Positions 1 through 8,096 of a stretch of 64,000 nucleotides of DNA are shown here, in pieces. The DNA is taken from positions 166,374 to 230,373 of the forward strand of contig JAFZVC010000025.1 of the NCBI GenBank assembly GCA_017618015.1, in the 5' to 3' direction. The notes under the pieces are model-generated. The model was not told where the DNA came from. It ran no database searches and saw nothing but the letters and a program-made list of their open reading frames with translations. The first letter of the stretch is position 1, and every line of letters starts with the position of its first letter. This DNA is from Spirochaetaceae bacterium. Its GTDB lineage: Bacteria; Spirochaetota; Spirochaetia; Treponematales; Treponemataceae. A program made the position numbers and the translations under genes.

Positions 1-557
1 AAACAAGCGGTTTCAATTTAGCGCAAAAGCCATTGATTATATATGATAACGGCATTTTAGAAGTAAAATTAAAAATAAACATGTGGGGAAACACACATGT
101 AGCAATAGATGCTGACACACATAAACTTCGCATGAAAGCATCCTATACATCTCAATGGGGATCCTGCGACTTTTCTATCGACAAAAATATTGCATCACAA
201 CTTGCTGAATATGAAAAAGAGCTTTCCATTTGTTTTTCTGTGAAATTCACAAATGTAAATCAATCTTTTGTAATAGACTTTAGAGATAAGGATGAAGGTT
301 CCGCTCTACTTCCTTGGTCAAGAGCATTCAGAGTAGAAGCTTCCGATTATCCAATTGGAAAATGGATTGAGATTGAAATTCCTTTTTCAAATATCACAGA
401 GACAGGCGCCTGGTCAAATACGGAACAGAAGTTTTACGAGCCGCAAAACAAGTTTGACTGGAACCGTTTGGAAGTTCTTTCTCTCAATTTCAATGACAAC
501 GACAACGAATACACCGGCGACGTCTACCTAGACAACATAGTGATTAAGCTGAAGTAA
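1..557 (+). CDS. C-terminal part of a larger protein, carbohydrate-binding-module-like (5' end outside window)
   Basis: Frame 3 is open from the first base of the window to TAA 555-557, so the TTG at 33 in the track is only the first possible start. The tail DWNRLEVLSLNFNDNDNEYTGDVYLDNIVIKLK resembles non-catalytic CBM/CIA30-type beta-sandwich modules. Assignment is by eye only. Confidence 0.4.
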   Translation, partial: TSGFNLAQKPLIIYDNGILEVKLKINMWGNTHVAIDADTHKLRMKASYTSQWGSCDFSIDKNIASQLAEYEKELSICFSVKFTNVNQSFVIDFRDKDEGSALLPWSRAFRVEASDYPIGKWIEIEIPFSNITETGAWSNTEQKFYEPQNKFDWNRLEVLSLNFNDNDNEYTGDVYLDNIVIKLK

Positions 558-587
558 ATTTTGTTCCCCGGTGTGAGCCGGTGCGTT

Positions 588-717
588 GCGGGGGCGGCGT
601 TTGAGCCCCCGCATAGGAGGTAGCCGAAGACCGACAAAGCGGAGCAAGTGACAAAGCTTGCTTTGGCACTTGTGTAGCGACTCGTGGCTGGAGGCGAAGG
701 GGGCTTCCCCCTCCTAT
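588..717 (+). repeat. modular GC-rich intergenic repeat, copy A
   Basis: Hairpin GCGGGGG...CCCCCGC, then ATAGGAGGTAGCCGAAGACC...GGAGCA..., closed by CCTCCTAT (8-bp pairing with ATAGGAGG). Confidence 0.55.
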
Positions 718-749
718 CCGATTATGCGAAAAATCATTATATTTAATAC

Positions 750-1829
750 ATGACTTATCAGGATGAATACCTTAAATGGAGAGGTGACCTTGTTTTTTGC
801 AAAGAGACATTCTCTCCCGTAGATATGCTCATTTTCTCGGAACTTGTGTATTCTCCGCTGGAAAATGTGGATCCGTCGTGTTTTGGAAAGAAACTCGGCG
901 AGCTTTTTCCGCTAGTTTATCCGGATGGCGTCGTGGACGGCACTTCTTCTTTGGACGAGGAGCTTTTTTACTTATGGACGCAGCTACGTGAAGCCCCCCG
1001 CTTTGAGGAAATCCGACTTGTTAATTTCGTCTCTAAGTTTGATGTCTCCGAGCAGATGCAGTTTGCCGCCGCGACTTTTGTTTTCGGCGACATGATGGTC
1101 ATCGCTTTCCGTGGCACGGATGCGTCGATAATCGGCTGGAAAGAAGATTTGAACATGGGATACGAGACACCAATCCCGTCGCAGACAGAAGCGGTTGCAT
1201 ACATCGATTCTGTTTCTGTGCGCAATAAAGACATATATCTGTGCGGACACAGCAAGGGCGGCAATCTTGCAATGTACGGCGGGGCTTTCTGCAAGAAACC
1301 AAAGCGGATAAAGGCGATTTACAGCTTTGACGGTCCCGGGTTCGATGATGATATCCTTGCTACAAACAAGTGGATGGCAACAATGGAGAAGGTTTCGTCC
1401 TATATACCGGAGTCGTCGATTATCGGCATGATTCTGAGCCACAGCTGCGAATACACGATTGTAAAAAGCGACAACGTTGGCATTATGCAGCACGATCCTT
1501 TCAACTGGCATATCGATGCGGGCAGGTTCGAGGAAGTTGCCGAGACATCTTTTGGAAGCAGGCTGTTCCGCGGCACGATGCAGCGGTTTCTTGCGTCTTG
1601 TCCGAAGGAACAACGGCGGGTCCTTGTGGAGACTGTCTTCAAGATTATCGAGGCGAGTGGTGCGACTATCACGAACGATATCATTCCAGGGCTTTTGAGG
1701 CATTTGGGCGATGTAAAGCGGATTCTGCAGGAAGTGCCGGAAGAGGACAAACAGGCTTTGTCGCAGATGGGGCGCATTTTTGCGGATGCGGGCAGCACGA
1801 GCTTCAAGCTGCTGATGAGCAAGCTGTAG
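750..1829 (+). CDS. Mbeg1-like / DUF2974 alpha/beta hydrolase (lipase-like)
   Basis: It has a nucleophile elbow LCGHSKGGNLAMYG (GxSxG) preceded by AFRGTD...GW.EDL, as I remember for DUF2974 proteins. The ORF is 359 aa. Confidence 0.6.
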   Translation: MTYQDEYLKWRGDLVFCKETFSPVDMLIFSELVYSPLENVDPSCFGKKLGELFPLVYPDGVVDGTSSLDEELFYLWTQLREAPRFEEIRLVNFVSKFDVSEQMQFAAATFVFGDMMVIAFRGTDASIIGWKEDLNMGYETPIPSQTEAVAYIDSVSVRNKDIYLCGHSKGGNLAMYGGAFCKKPKRIKAIYSFDGPGFDDDILATNKWMATMEKVSSYIPESSIIGMILSHSCEYTIVKSDNVGIMQHDPFNWHIDAGRFEEVAETSFGSRLFRGTMQRFLASCPKEQRRVLVETVFKIIEASGATITNDIIPGLLRHLGDVKRILQEVPEEDKQALSQMGRIFADAGSTSFKLLMSKL

Positions 1830-2046
1830 GCGCGAACTCGCGTTCTGTCGGGCTTTCTGCCGAACCCCCGCGCGGTGTCGAAAATCTTTAGTACAAATTT
1901 CTTTTTTTCGGGTCTAGATTACCAATAGTTTTAAATTCATTATCTTTATACTTTCCAAAATCTCCAATATGTGCTAAATTGCTATTGTATGGTTCTTTTA
2001 ATCATTCTTTTATTGTCTGTACGTAGGAGCCGTGCAAGGGAGGACT

Positions 2047-2412
2047 ATGAACGAAGCTGTTTTGATTATCGAAGCTAATGAAATGCCTACCGATTCTAAT
2101 GTCATTTTTGACAGACTTATGAAGATGCTCGAATCTACCGGTCGTGTCAAAGACGTTGAGCGTACAGCATCCGACATAAAAGCCCGTGATTGGGCTTCCG
2201 GCGTGCGCATGGTTGACAGACTTTTATTGCATCATTCAAAAACAGAGGGAGTTTCCGATTTCTGCGCGGCAGTAATCATATTCCCAGGAAATGTTGTTCA
2301 TGGACTTTTTGCCTGGCCCGAGAATACGGACGGCAACTTACAGTGCATCGCGACTGTAATTGAGCGCATCGAGAAGATGCGGTTTAACGCAGCGGCAAAA
2401 AAAGCCGCATAA
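2047..2412 (+). CDS. hypothetical protein
   Basis: GGGAGG lies 5 nt upstream of ATG 2047, while the track start at 2032 lacks an RBS. No domain recognised. Confidence 0.4.
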   Translation: MNEAVLIIEANEMPTDSNVIFDRLMKMLESTGRVKDVERTASDIKARDWASGVRMVDRLLLHHSKTEGVSDFCAAVIIFPGNVVHGLFAWPENTDGNLQCIATVIERIEKMRFNAAAKKAA

Positions 2413-2419
2413 TTGTGGA

Positions 2420-2472
2420 CTAGGGAAGGGGGAAGCTCGCTGGAAACTTCGCACTTCGTGCTCGTAGCGCGT
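2420..2472 (+). repeat. modular GC-rich intergenic repeat, short copy
   Basis: AGGGAAGGGGGAAGCTCGCTGGAAACTTCGCACTTCGTGCTCGTAGCGCG. Its GCTGGAAAC..GCAC-loop-GTGC core is 20/23 identical to the reverse complement of 47249-47271. Confidence 0.55.
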
Positions 2473-2475
2473 TCT

Positions 2476-2931
2476 TTATCCTTTCTTAACTAACCGGAAC
2501 TCTTCGAACACAACAAGCATATCGGGGTTGAACTCATAGCCCATTATATCTGCGTCTTCCTGAAAAAAATCGTCGTGGTTCGCACGCCAGCTTTCAAGGC
2601 TTTCATCCTCGCCTTCTTTTTCCGCCATGCTCCACGGAACTTGGTTGTACGGCACAATCTCAACGCTTACTTCCTGAATTATGCCGCACGGGTTCCCGTT
2701 CCAGTCAGTTAAGACGCAGTATGTGCCTGCTTTTGGAAGCGGCTCGTTATCTATTTTATATGCTTCTAGCGCAGATGTCGTTCCGCGTTTTTTGCCGGAT
2801 AGCACCATCGCGGTAAGTTCCACAGCCATCTGCTCATCTATTCCGAAAGACATCTCGCCAGCGTACGGCAAGTTTTTCCTGTCCGGGCTTTCCCGAACGA
2901 AATCATTCCAGTAATCCTCAACTTTTCCCAT
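2476..2931 (-). CDS. ASCH domain protein
   Basis: Start moved to the internal Met (MGKVEDYWNDF...). The pattern LSGKKRGTTS ... Y.IVPY ... EGE resembles ASCH/YqfB-like proteins. Confidence 0.55.
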   Translation of the reverse strand: MGKVEDYWNDFVRESPDRKNLPYAGEMSFGIDEQMAVELTAMVLSGKKRGTTSALEAYKIDNEPLPKAGTYCVLTDWNGNPCGIIQEVSVEIVPYNQVPWSMAEKEGEDESLESWRANHDDFFQEDADIMGYEFNPDMLVVFEEFRLVKKG

Positions 2932-3095
2932 TTTCCGCCTCTTGTTATCAGCTGCGCATTCCAGTGTCGCGCTCAAAAAAAACTGCTTGCCGCGATTTTC
3001 GCGTTTGTCGCGTCGCGTTGCCTCTTTGCCGCGCGCCCCGAGCTTCCCACGGCTCTTGTCACTATTCTATACTTTATAGTACAAATAGGGAATCT

Positions 3096-4526
3096 ATGGT
3101 CAGAGCAGAAAAATTCAATTGGAAAGAATTGATTAAACAAATATCAGTCATCGCGATTCCCGTCGCCATGCAGAACTTGCTTTCAACGACTGGCGGCATG
3201 ATAGACACCATGATGATAGCCTCGCTTGGCGAGCTGTACGTCGGTTCCGTCGGATTGTGCGCCCAGTTTTCGTTCCTGATGTTCGCGGGCTACTGGGGTT
3301 TCGTCGGCGGCGGAATGCTTTTTTTCGCGCAGTATTGGGGCGCAAAAGACTACAAGGGAATCGAGCGGTCTTACGGCATAACGCTCACCTGCATGTTGAC
3401 CGTCTCGCTGATTTTCTCCGTCGCGGCGACATGCTTCCCAGAAGTCGTGCTTTCCATGTACACGGATAAGCTCCAAATCCGGGAAATTGGCGTTGATTAC
3501 ATACGGATTGTTGGCTTTTCGTACCCGCTTCAAGTTATGGCGATGGGCATGAGCGCGCTTCTCCGCTCGACGGAGAAAGTGAAGATTCCGCTTTACGGCG
3601 CGATTGCATCAGTTTTTACGAACACGTTCATGAACTGGGTGCTCATCTTCGGAAACTTGGGCGCACCGGCTCTTGGCGTTAAGGGAGCGGCTGTCGCGAC
3701 AGTCATTTCTGGCGGCGTGAACGTCCTCGTCGTCATGGCTTTCGCGGCAATCTCCAAATATCCGCATCTTTTCCGCGTCAAAAACTTTTTCAAATGGGAC
3801 AGGGCGTTCCTCTCAATTTATTTCAAGAAATGCTTCCCGATTATTTGCAACGAGGTGCTTATTGGCGTTGGAAACATGGTGATAAACATCGTGCTTGGAC
3901 ATCAGGTGGAGGAAGCGATTGCGGCTGTCGCGGTTTTCAGGACACTGGAAGGGCTTGTAATCGGATTTTTCGCCGGATTTTCGAGCGCGGCATCTGTCCT
4001 TGTCGGAAAAGCCGTCGGCGCGGGCGAAACGGAGCTTGCGTTCCGGCGTGCAAAACGCATCGTATATTTTTGCCAGATAACGATTTTAGCGATCGTCCTG
4101 ATTCTGCTTGCGGTAAACTATCCGCTGCTTCACGCCATGAGCCTTTCGGGGCTTTCGTACACGTACGGCAGGGGACTAATCATCATTTACGGAATCGCGT
4201 GCATTATCCGCATGGGAAACTGGACGCAGAACGATACGTACCGCTCCGCAGGAGACGCGGCTTACGGCACAATTTTGGAGATTGTGTTCATGTTCGCTAT
4301 GGTCCTGCCGTGCCTTTTGTTGGCGAACAACGTCTTTCACGCGCCGTTCCTTGTCGTGTTCGCGATGTGCTACGTTGACGAGCCTATCCGCTACGTGCTG
4401 ATGCAGGTTCACATGTATTCTGGAAAATGGATAAAGCCCGTCACCCCGGAAGGAGTGGCAGGCCTCGAAGAGTTCAAAAAACGCCGCCTGGAACAGCGCT
4501 CAGAAGTCGCTTCCGCGCAAAGCTGA
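3096..4526 (+). CDS. MATE family efflux transporter
   Basis: Polytopic membrane protein with the N-terminal signature ...IAIPVAMQNLLSTTGGMIDTMMI typical of MATE/NorM. The track start at 2964 would overlap the divergent ASCH gene, so ATG 3096 is preferred. Confidence 0.8.
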   Translation: MVRAEKFNWKELIKQISVIAIPVAMQNLLSTTGGMIDTMMIASLGELYVGSVGLCAQFSFLMFAGYWGFVGGGMLFFAQYWGAKDYKGIERSYGITLTCMLTVSLIFSVAATCFPEVVLSMYTDKLQIREIGVDYIRIVGFSYPLQVMAMGMSALLRSTEKVKIPLYGAIASVFTNTFMNWVLIFGNLGAPALGVKGAAVATVISGGVNVLVVMAFAAISKYPHLFRVKNFFKWDRAFLSIYFKKCFPIICNEVLIGVGNMVINIVLGHQVEEAIAAVAVFRTLEGLVIGFFAGFSSAASVLVGKAVGAGETELAFRRAKRIVYFCQITILAIVLILLAVNYPLLHAMSLSGLSYTYGRGLIIIYGIACIIRMGNWTQNDTYRSAGDAAYGTILEIVFMFAMVLPCLLLANNVFHAPFLVVFAMCYVDEPIRYVLMQVHMYSGKWIKPVTPEGVAGLEEFKKRRLEQRSEVASAQS

Positions 4527-4531
4527 GTTTT

Positions 4532-4619
4532 AGCACACAAGGATGTGCGCGAAAAGTGGACGAGTTTCGCGTATGCGAAACTCGCGTAGTAAGCACAGCA
4601 TGGACGCTGTGCTTACGTC
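4532..4619 (+). repeat. three-hairpin GC-rich module, copy 1
   Basis: H1 is GCACA/TGTGC, H2 is CGAGTTTCGC-gtat-GCGAAACTCG, and H3 is GTAAGCACAGC-atggac-GCTGTGCTTAC. It lies between the convergent MATE and lysA stops. A homologous copy is at 47107-47190. Confidence 0.7.
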
Positions 4620-5897
4620 TTACATTAATGCGAGAATGTCGTCGAGAGTTTCGCGGCGGCGGATAACCTGCACGCTTCCGTCTTTACGGATAAGCACTTC
4701 CGCAGGACGTGGACGGCTGTTGTACGGGCTGCACATACTGTATCCGTATGCGCCTGTGTCGAGTACGCACGCCAAGTCTCCGCGCTGAATAGCCGGAAGC
4801 ATCCTTGCCTTTGCAAGAATATCCCCAGACTCGCAGATGTTTCCTGTTACGGTCTGTTCCGTTAAGCCCGCAGCCCGATTGCACGGTACGCCGCCGCGCA
4901 GAACTTCAATGTCGTGCCAGCTGTCGTACATTGAAGGGCGAACGAGCACGTTCATACCAATATCCGTACCGCAGTACGTTACGCCTGAGTTTTGTTTGAC
5001 GGCGTGGAATCGTCCCAGAATTACGCTGCCTTCCGCAACGCAGAAGCGGCCTGGCTCGCTCTTGAAAAGCGGTGCGCTTCCGTATTTCGCCACGAAATCG
5101 TCAAGTATCGGTTCAAGACGCTGCTTGAAGCTTTCCATTGGGAAAGGCTTCTCGTCATCGAGCTTGTGATACGGAATGCCGTAGCCGCCGCCAAAGTCGA
5201 TGAACTCAAGGTTCTTAAACTGCTCCGCAATGCGAAGAAGGTTCGTAACCGCATCAAGATACGGCTGCGGATCCATGAAAAGTGAGCCGATATGCTGGTT
5301 TATGCCGGCGATGCGAAGGTTATATTTGTCGGCAAGCTTGAAAATCTCTGGAATATCGGCTTCCTGAATGCCGAATTTCGTCTTTTTTCCAGCTGTGACA
5401 ACTTTGTCGCAGTGACCGGCACCTACGCCTGGGTTGATGCGGACTGCGCACCTTTCTGAACCGGCGGCGGCTTTTCCCGCGTCACTCAAGCTGCGGTGAG
5501 TCTCGCCGTAAAGCTCAAGCTGAGCAAGACTGTCCAAGCTCGTCATAATTCCCTGCTCAATCGCGAACGCAAGCTCTGTTTCAGCGACGTTGTTCGGAAC
5601 AAAGAAAATGCGCTCCTTTGGGAAGCCTGCTTTCAAAAGAAGCGTGACTTCTCCGGGGCTCATCGCGTCGCAGTTAAGCCCTTCTTCAAGCGCAAGCTTA
5701 AGAATATGTATGTTCGTATTCGCCTTTACAGAGTAGTTGGCGGTGTAGGGGTATTTCGTAATGACTTGGGAAACTTCGTGCATCCGCTCGCGCAAAATGC
5801 GTTCGTTGTAGACGTACAAAGGGGTTCCGTAAGTTTCGGCGAGCTTTTCCGGCTCGTTCCCTTCAAAAAAGTTAGAATGTGTTATGTATGATTCCAT
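4620..5897 (-). CDS. lysA: diaminopimelate decarboxylase
   Basis: Orn/DAP/Arg decarboxylase family 2 pattern: YSVKANTN (PLP lysine), DFGGGYGIPY, EPGR, CESGD. The ORF is 425 aa. Confidence 0.9.
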   Translation of the reverse strand: MESYITHSNFFEGNEPEKLAETYGTPLYVYNERILRERMHEVSQVITKYPYTANYSVKANTNIHILKLALEEGLNCDAMSPGEVTLLLKAGFPKERIFFVPNNVAETELAFAIEQGIMTSLDSLAQLELYGETHRSLSDAGKAAAGSERCAVRINPGVGAGHCDKVVTAGKKTKFGIQEADIPEIFKLADKYNLRIAGINQHIGSLFMDPQPYLDAVTNLLRIAEQFKNLEFIDFGGGYGIPYHKLDDEKPFPMESFKQRLEPILDDFVAKYGSAPLFKSEPGRFCVAEGSVILGRFHAVKQNSGVTYCGTDIGMNVLVRPSMYDSWHDIEVLRGGVPCNRAAGLTEQTVTGNICESGDILAKARMLPAIQRGDLACVLDTGAYGYSMCSPYNSRPRPAEVLIRKDGSVQVIRRRETLDDILALM

Positions 5898-5906
5898 GTT
5901 TAATCC

Positions 5907-6896
5907 TTATAACAAATGTGCCCGGATCTCTTCGCCGCTGAGCGGACTCAAGTACGCCGGTGGTACATCGAACACCGTCTTGCAGCCTGTCTGTCCCTCG
6001 TTTTTCATGCGGAAAACCGCGCGCGCGTATGCAATCAGAACGCTCGATGTGAATGCCGGGTTCGAGTCGAGCTTAAGACTGTACTCGATGACGTTGTTGT
6101 ACTCTTTGTTCCAGCCTGTCTTTCCTGTGCGGAAAACAAAACCACCGTGAGGAATCTCCGAATGGTTCTTCTTCAGTTCTTCCTCGCTGATAAAATGAAC
6201 TGTCGTGTCGTAATCGGCAAAATAGTTCGGCATTTCTTTGATTTCTTTCTCGATTCTTGCTTTGTCGGCATCGGTCGCTCCGTCCTCGGCTACAACGAAG
6301 CATTCGCGTGTGTGCTTCTGGCGTGTCGTAAGCTCCGGATTCTTGCCCGCGCGTACTGCATCGAGCGCTTCCTGAACCGGAATCGTGTACTGTTTGCCAT
6401 CCTTAACGCCCTTGATGCGGCGGATAGCATCGCTGTGGCCCTGGCTAACGCCTTTTCCCCAGAACGTGTAGTCGTTTCCTTCGGGCAGGATGCAGTTAGC
6501 ATAGAGCCTGTTCAGGCTGAACATTCCGGGATCCCATCCGCAGCTGATGAGCGCCGTGTTGCCGGCTGATTTTGCCGCCGCGTCTACATTTGCGAAATGC
6601 TCCGGAATCTTTGCGTGCGTGTCGAAGCTGTCGATTACGTTGAAATATTTTGCGTAAACTGGTGTCTGTTTTGGAAGGTCGGTCGCGCTGCCACCGCAGA
6701 TGATAAGAACGTCAACTTCGCTTTTGTGTTTTTCGATGTCGTTGACGCTGTAGACGGGAACTCCCGCCGTAAGAATCTTCACGGATGCAGGGTCGCGCCG
6801 CGTAAAAACTGCCGTAAGCTCGCAGTCGGGGTTCTGTTTGATGGCGCACTCAACGCCACGTCCAAGGTTGCCGTATCCTAAAATACCGATTTTCAT
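5907..6896 (-). CDS. ddh: meso-diaminopimelate D-dehydrogenase
   Basis: It has the MKIGILGYGNLGRG Rossmann start, CGWDPGMFS and WGKGVSQGHSDA motifs characteristic of Ddh. It lies directly upstream of lysA. Confidence 0.85.
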   Translation of the reverse strand: MKIGILGYGNLGRGVECAIKQNPDCELTAVFTRRDPASVKILTAGVPVYSVNDIEKHKSEVDVLIICGGSATDLPKQTPVYAKYFNVIDSFDTHAKIPEHFANVDAAAKSAGNTALISCGWDPGMFSLNRLYANCILPEGNDYTFWGKGVSQGHSDAIRRIKGVKDGKQYTIPVQEALDAVRAGKNPELTTRQKHTRECFVVAEDGATDADKARIEKEIKEMPNYFADYDTTVHFISEEELKKNHSEIPHGGFVFRTGKTGWNKEYNNVIEYSLKLDSNPAFTSSVLIAYARAVFRMKNEGQTGCKTVFDVPPAYLSPLSGEEIRAHLL

Positions 6897-7642
6897 TTAT
6901 ATCCTCCTAGGTTCAAAAGCGTTATCTTATTTTTCAACGCCTCTTTCATTACCGAAACTAAGTTTTTCTGCCCCGAATAAAGGCATGTGTCGCTCTCGGA
7001 GCCGGTGAACTCGCCTGTCATCACGTACGCCGAGTCAACAATCATGCGGATTTGTCCCGGCTCTGCGTCCGTAATGTACACCGCCGATTCTGCCGCTTCA
7101 TCGAGCTTACCCGACAATTCCGTCAGCTCTGCCGGAAGCCTCTCCGTAAGCAAAACGATCTTTTTCCCGCCGCTTATCTTTTCAGAAAGCTCGCCGCAAA
7201 ACTGCGCCACAATGTCTGACGGAGCCATCATGTAAAGACGGTGCTCCATATCAGCGAGCATCTGCCGGATTTTTCCGCGGATGTTTGCCGCACCTTGAAT
7301 CGTGATGTAGCCGTCTGTTGTGTCGCGGTGGGCAGGCGCATGTGCTTTGAGAAACTCGCCTTTTTCCGCGAGGCTTGCGAGTGTGCTTTCCACAAACTGC
7401 GGAACTGGTACGGGCGTGTATTTGACTGCCTCGCCTTTTATAAGGTAAGACGCGCCTTTATCCGCAAGCCCCGCCAGCGATGCGTATGCGTTTGAGCGGG
7501 ATATTCCTGTCTCCTTGGAAACTTCGTAACCCGTCATTTCTCCGTGCTTCAGGAGCGTTTCGTAAATAACGGCTTCCTGCCGGGTCAGTCCGAACGAGAT
7601 GAGGCAATCGGGAAATGTGTTTTTTTCAAGCGCGCATGTCAT
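6893..7642 (-). CDS. TrmB-family transcriptional regulator
   Basis: N-terminal winged HTH LTRQEAVIYETLLKHGEMTGYEVSKETGISRSNAYASLAGLADKG. Its stop overlaps the ddh start in an ATGA overlap (6893-6896). Confidence 0.7.
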   Translation of the reverse strand: MTCALEKNTFPDCLISFGLTRQEAVIYETLLKHGEMTGYEVSKETGISRSNAYASLAGLADKGASYLIKGEAVKYTPVPVPQFVESTLASLAEKGEFLKAHAPAHRDTTDGYITIQGAANIRGKIRQMLADMEHRLYMMAPSDIVAQFCGELSEKISGGKKIVLLTERLPAELTELSGKLDEAAESAVYITDAEPGQIRMIVDSAYVMTGEFTGSESDTCLYSGQKNLVSVMKEALKNKITLLNLGGYK

Positions 7643-7699
7643 AGTTGTCGATTATTCCGGGCGAGTAGTACTAAAAAGAACTACTTATCCGACAGGCAC

Positions 7700-7728
7700 A
7701 ATATATCCGATTAGTTAGCCTGTGTCAA
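7700..7728 (-). promoter_or_regulatory. sigma-70 promoter of the TrmB-like-ddh-lysA operon
   Basis: The minus strand reads TTGACA-17 nt-TATATT, about 58 nt upstream of the regulator's ATG. Confidence 0.55.
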
Positions 7729-7736
7729 CAGCCATT

Positions 7737-8078
7737 TTACACGAAGTATTTTTTGCAGATTTTGTTGTAGGTGATAATCAGGCATGGCAACCCGATGGCA
7801 CACATCGCGACGAGTACCATGCCCGCGACAAACAGATCGTAAAAGGCGAACGGGATGTTCGTGGCGATAACGAGCGCGGCTACAAACCACATCTTTCCGT
7901 TGGCGCGGTTGTAGCCTGGAATGTCCGAGACTTTCTCCGCCGGAACGTTGGAGAAAGTCCAGAAGTTCATGGGATCTTTTCGTTTGAACGAATAGATGCC
8001 CACCGCCACGAACGCACCTGAACAGCACAGAATAGAAACAATGTATATCACTAACCCGAATGTCTCAGATTTGTTCAT
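7737..8078 (-). CDS. small integral membrane protein
   Basis: AAGGAG RBS upstream of the ATG. Three predicted hydrophobic helices. No family recognised. Confidence 0.5.
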   Translation of the reverse strand: MNKSETFGLVIYIVSILCCSGAFVAVGIYSFKRKDPMNFWTFSNVPAEKVSDIPGYNRANGKMWFVAALVIATNIPFAFYDLFVAGMVLVAMCAIGLPCLIITYNKICKKYFV

Positions 8079-8096
8079 GGCCGGCTCCTTGTGATT

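Noticed and set aside
797-1891. Many overlapping or antisense ORFs in the six-frame track, for example 797-991, 968-1294, 984-1703, 1370-1891 and 1400-1822. Comparable sets lie inside every long gene.
   Set aside because: They lie entirely within, or antisense to, ORFs with clear family signatures. They have Arg/Ser/Cys-rich compositions typical of shadow frames in GC-rich coding DNA, and they lack an RBS.
1888-2004. AT-rich stretch with a minus-strand open frame reading LKEPYNSNLAHIGDFGKYKDNEFKTIGNLDPKKRNLY*.
   Set aside because: It has only 37 codons, no ATG/GTG/TTG start in frame after the preceding TGA, and no RBS. At best it is the 3' relic of a lost gene, so it is not called as a feature.
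2964-3095. N-terminal extensions of track ORFs: MATE 2964, hisF 17368, AraC 16646, RecQ 29752, FliG-like 40471, AAA+ 41288, GAF 57126.
   Set aside because: The extensions overlap neighbouring genes or repeats, encode Arg/Cys-rich non-protein-like sequence, and lack an RBS. Internal ATGs with an RBS or conserved family N-termini are preferred.
4488-4526. Idea that the C-terminal tail of the first MATE pump (…KKRRLEQRSEVASAQS) is encoded by an in-frame extension into the GC-rich repeat, since CTGGAACAGCGC resembles the GCTGGAAACGGCGC core.
   Set aside because: The match is short, needs an indel, and could easily arise by chance in GC-rich DNA. It is recorded as a possibility only.
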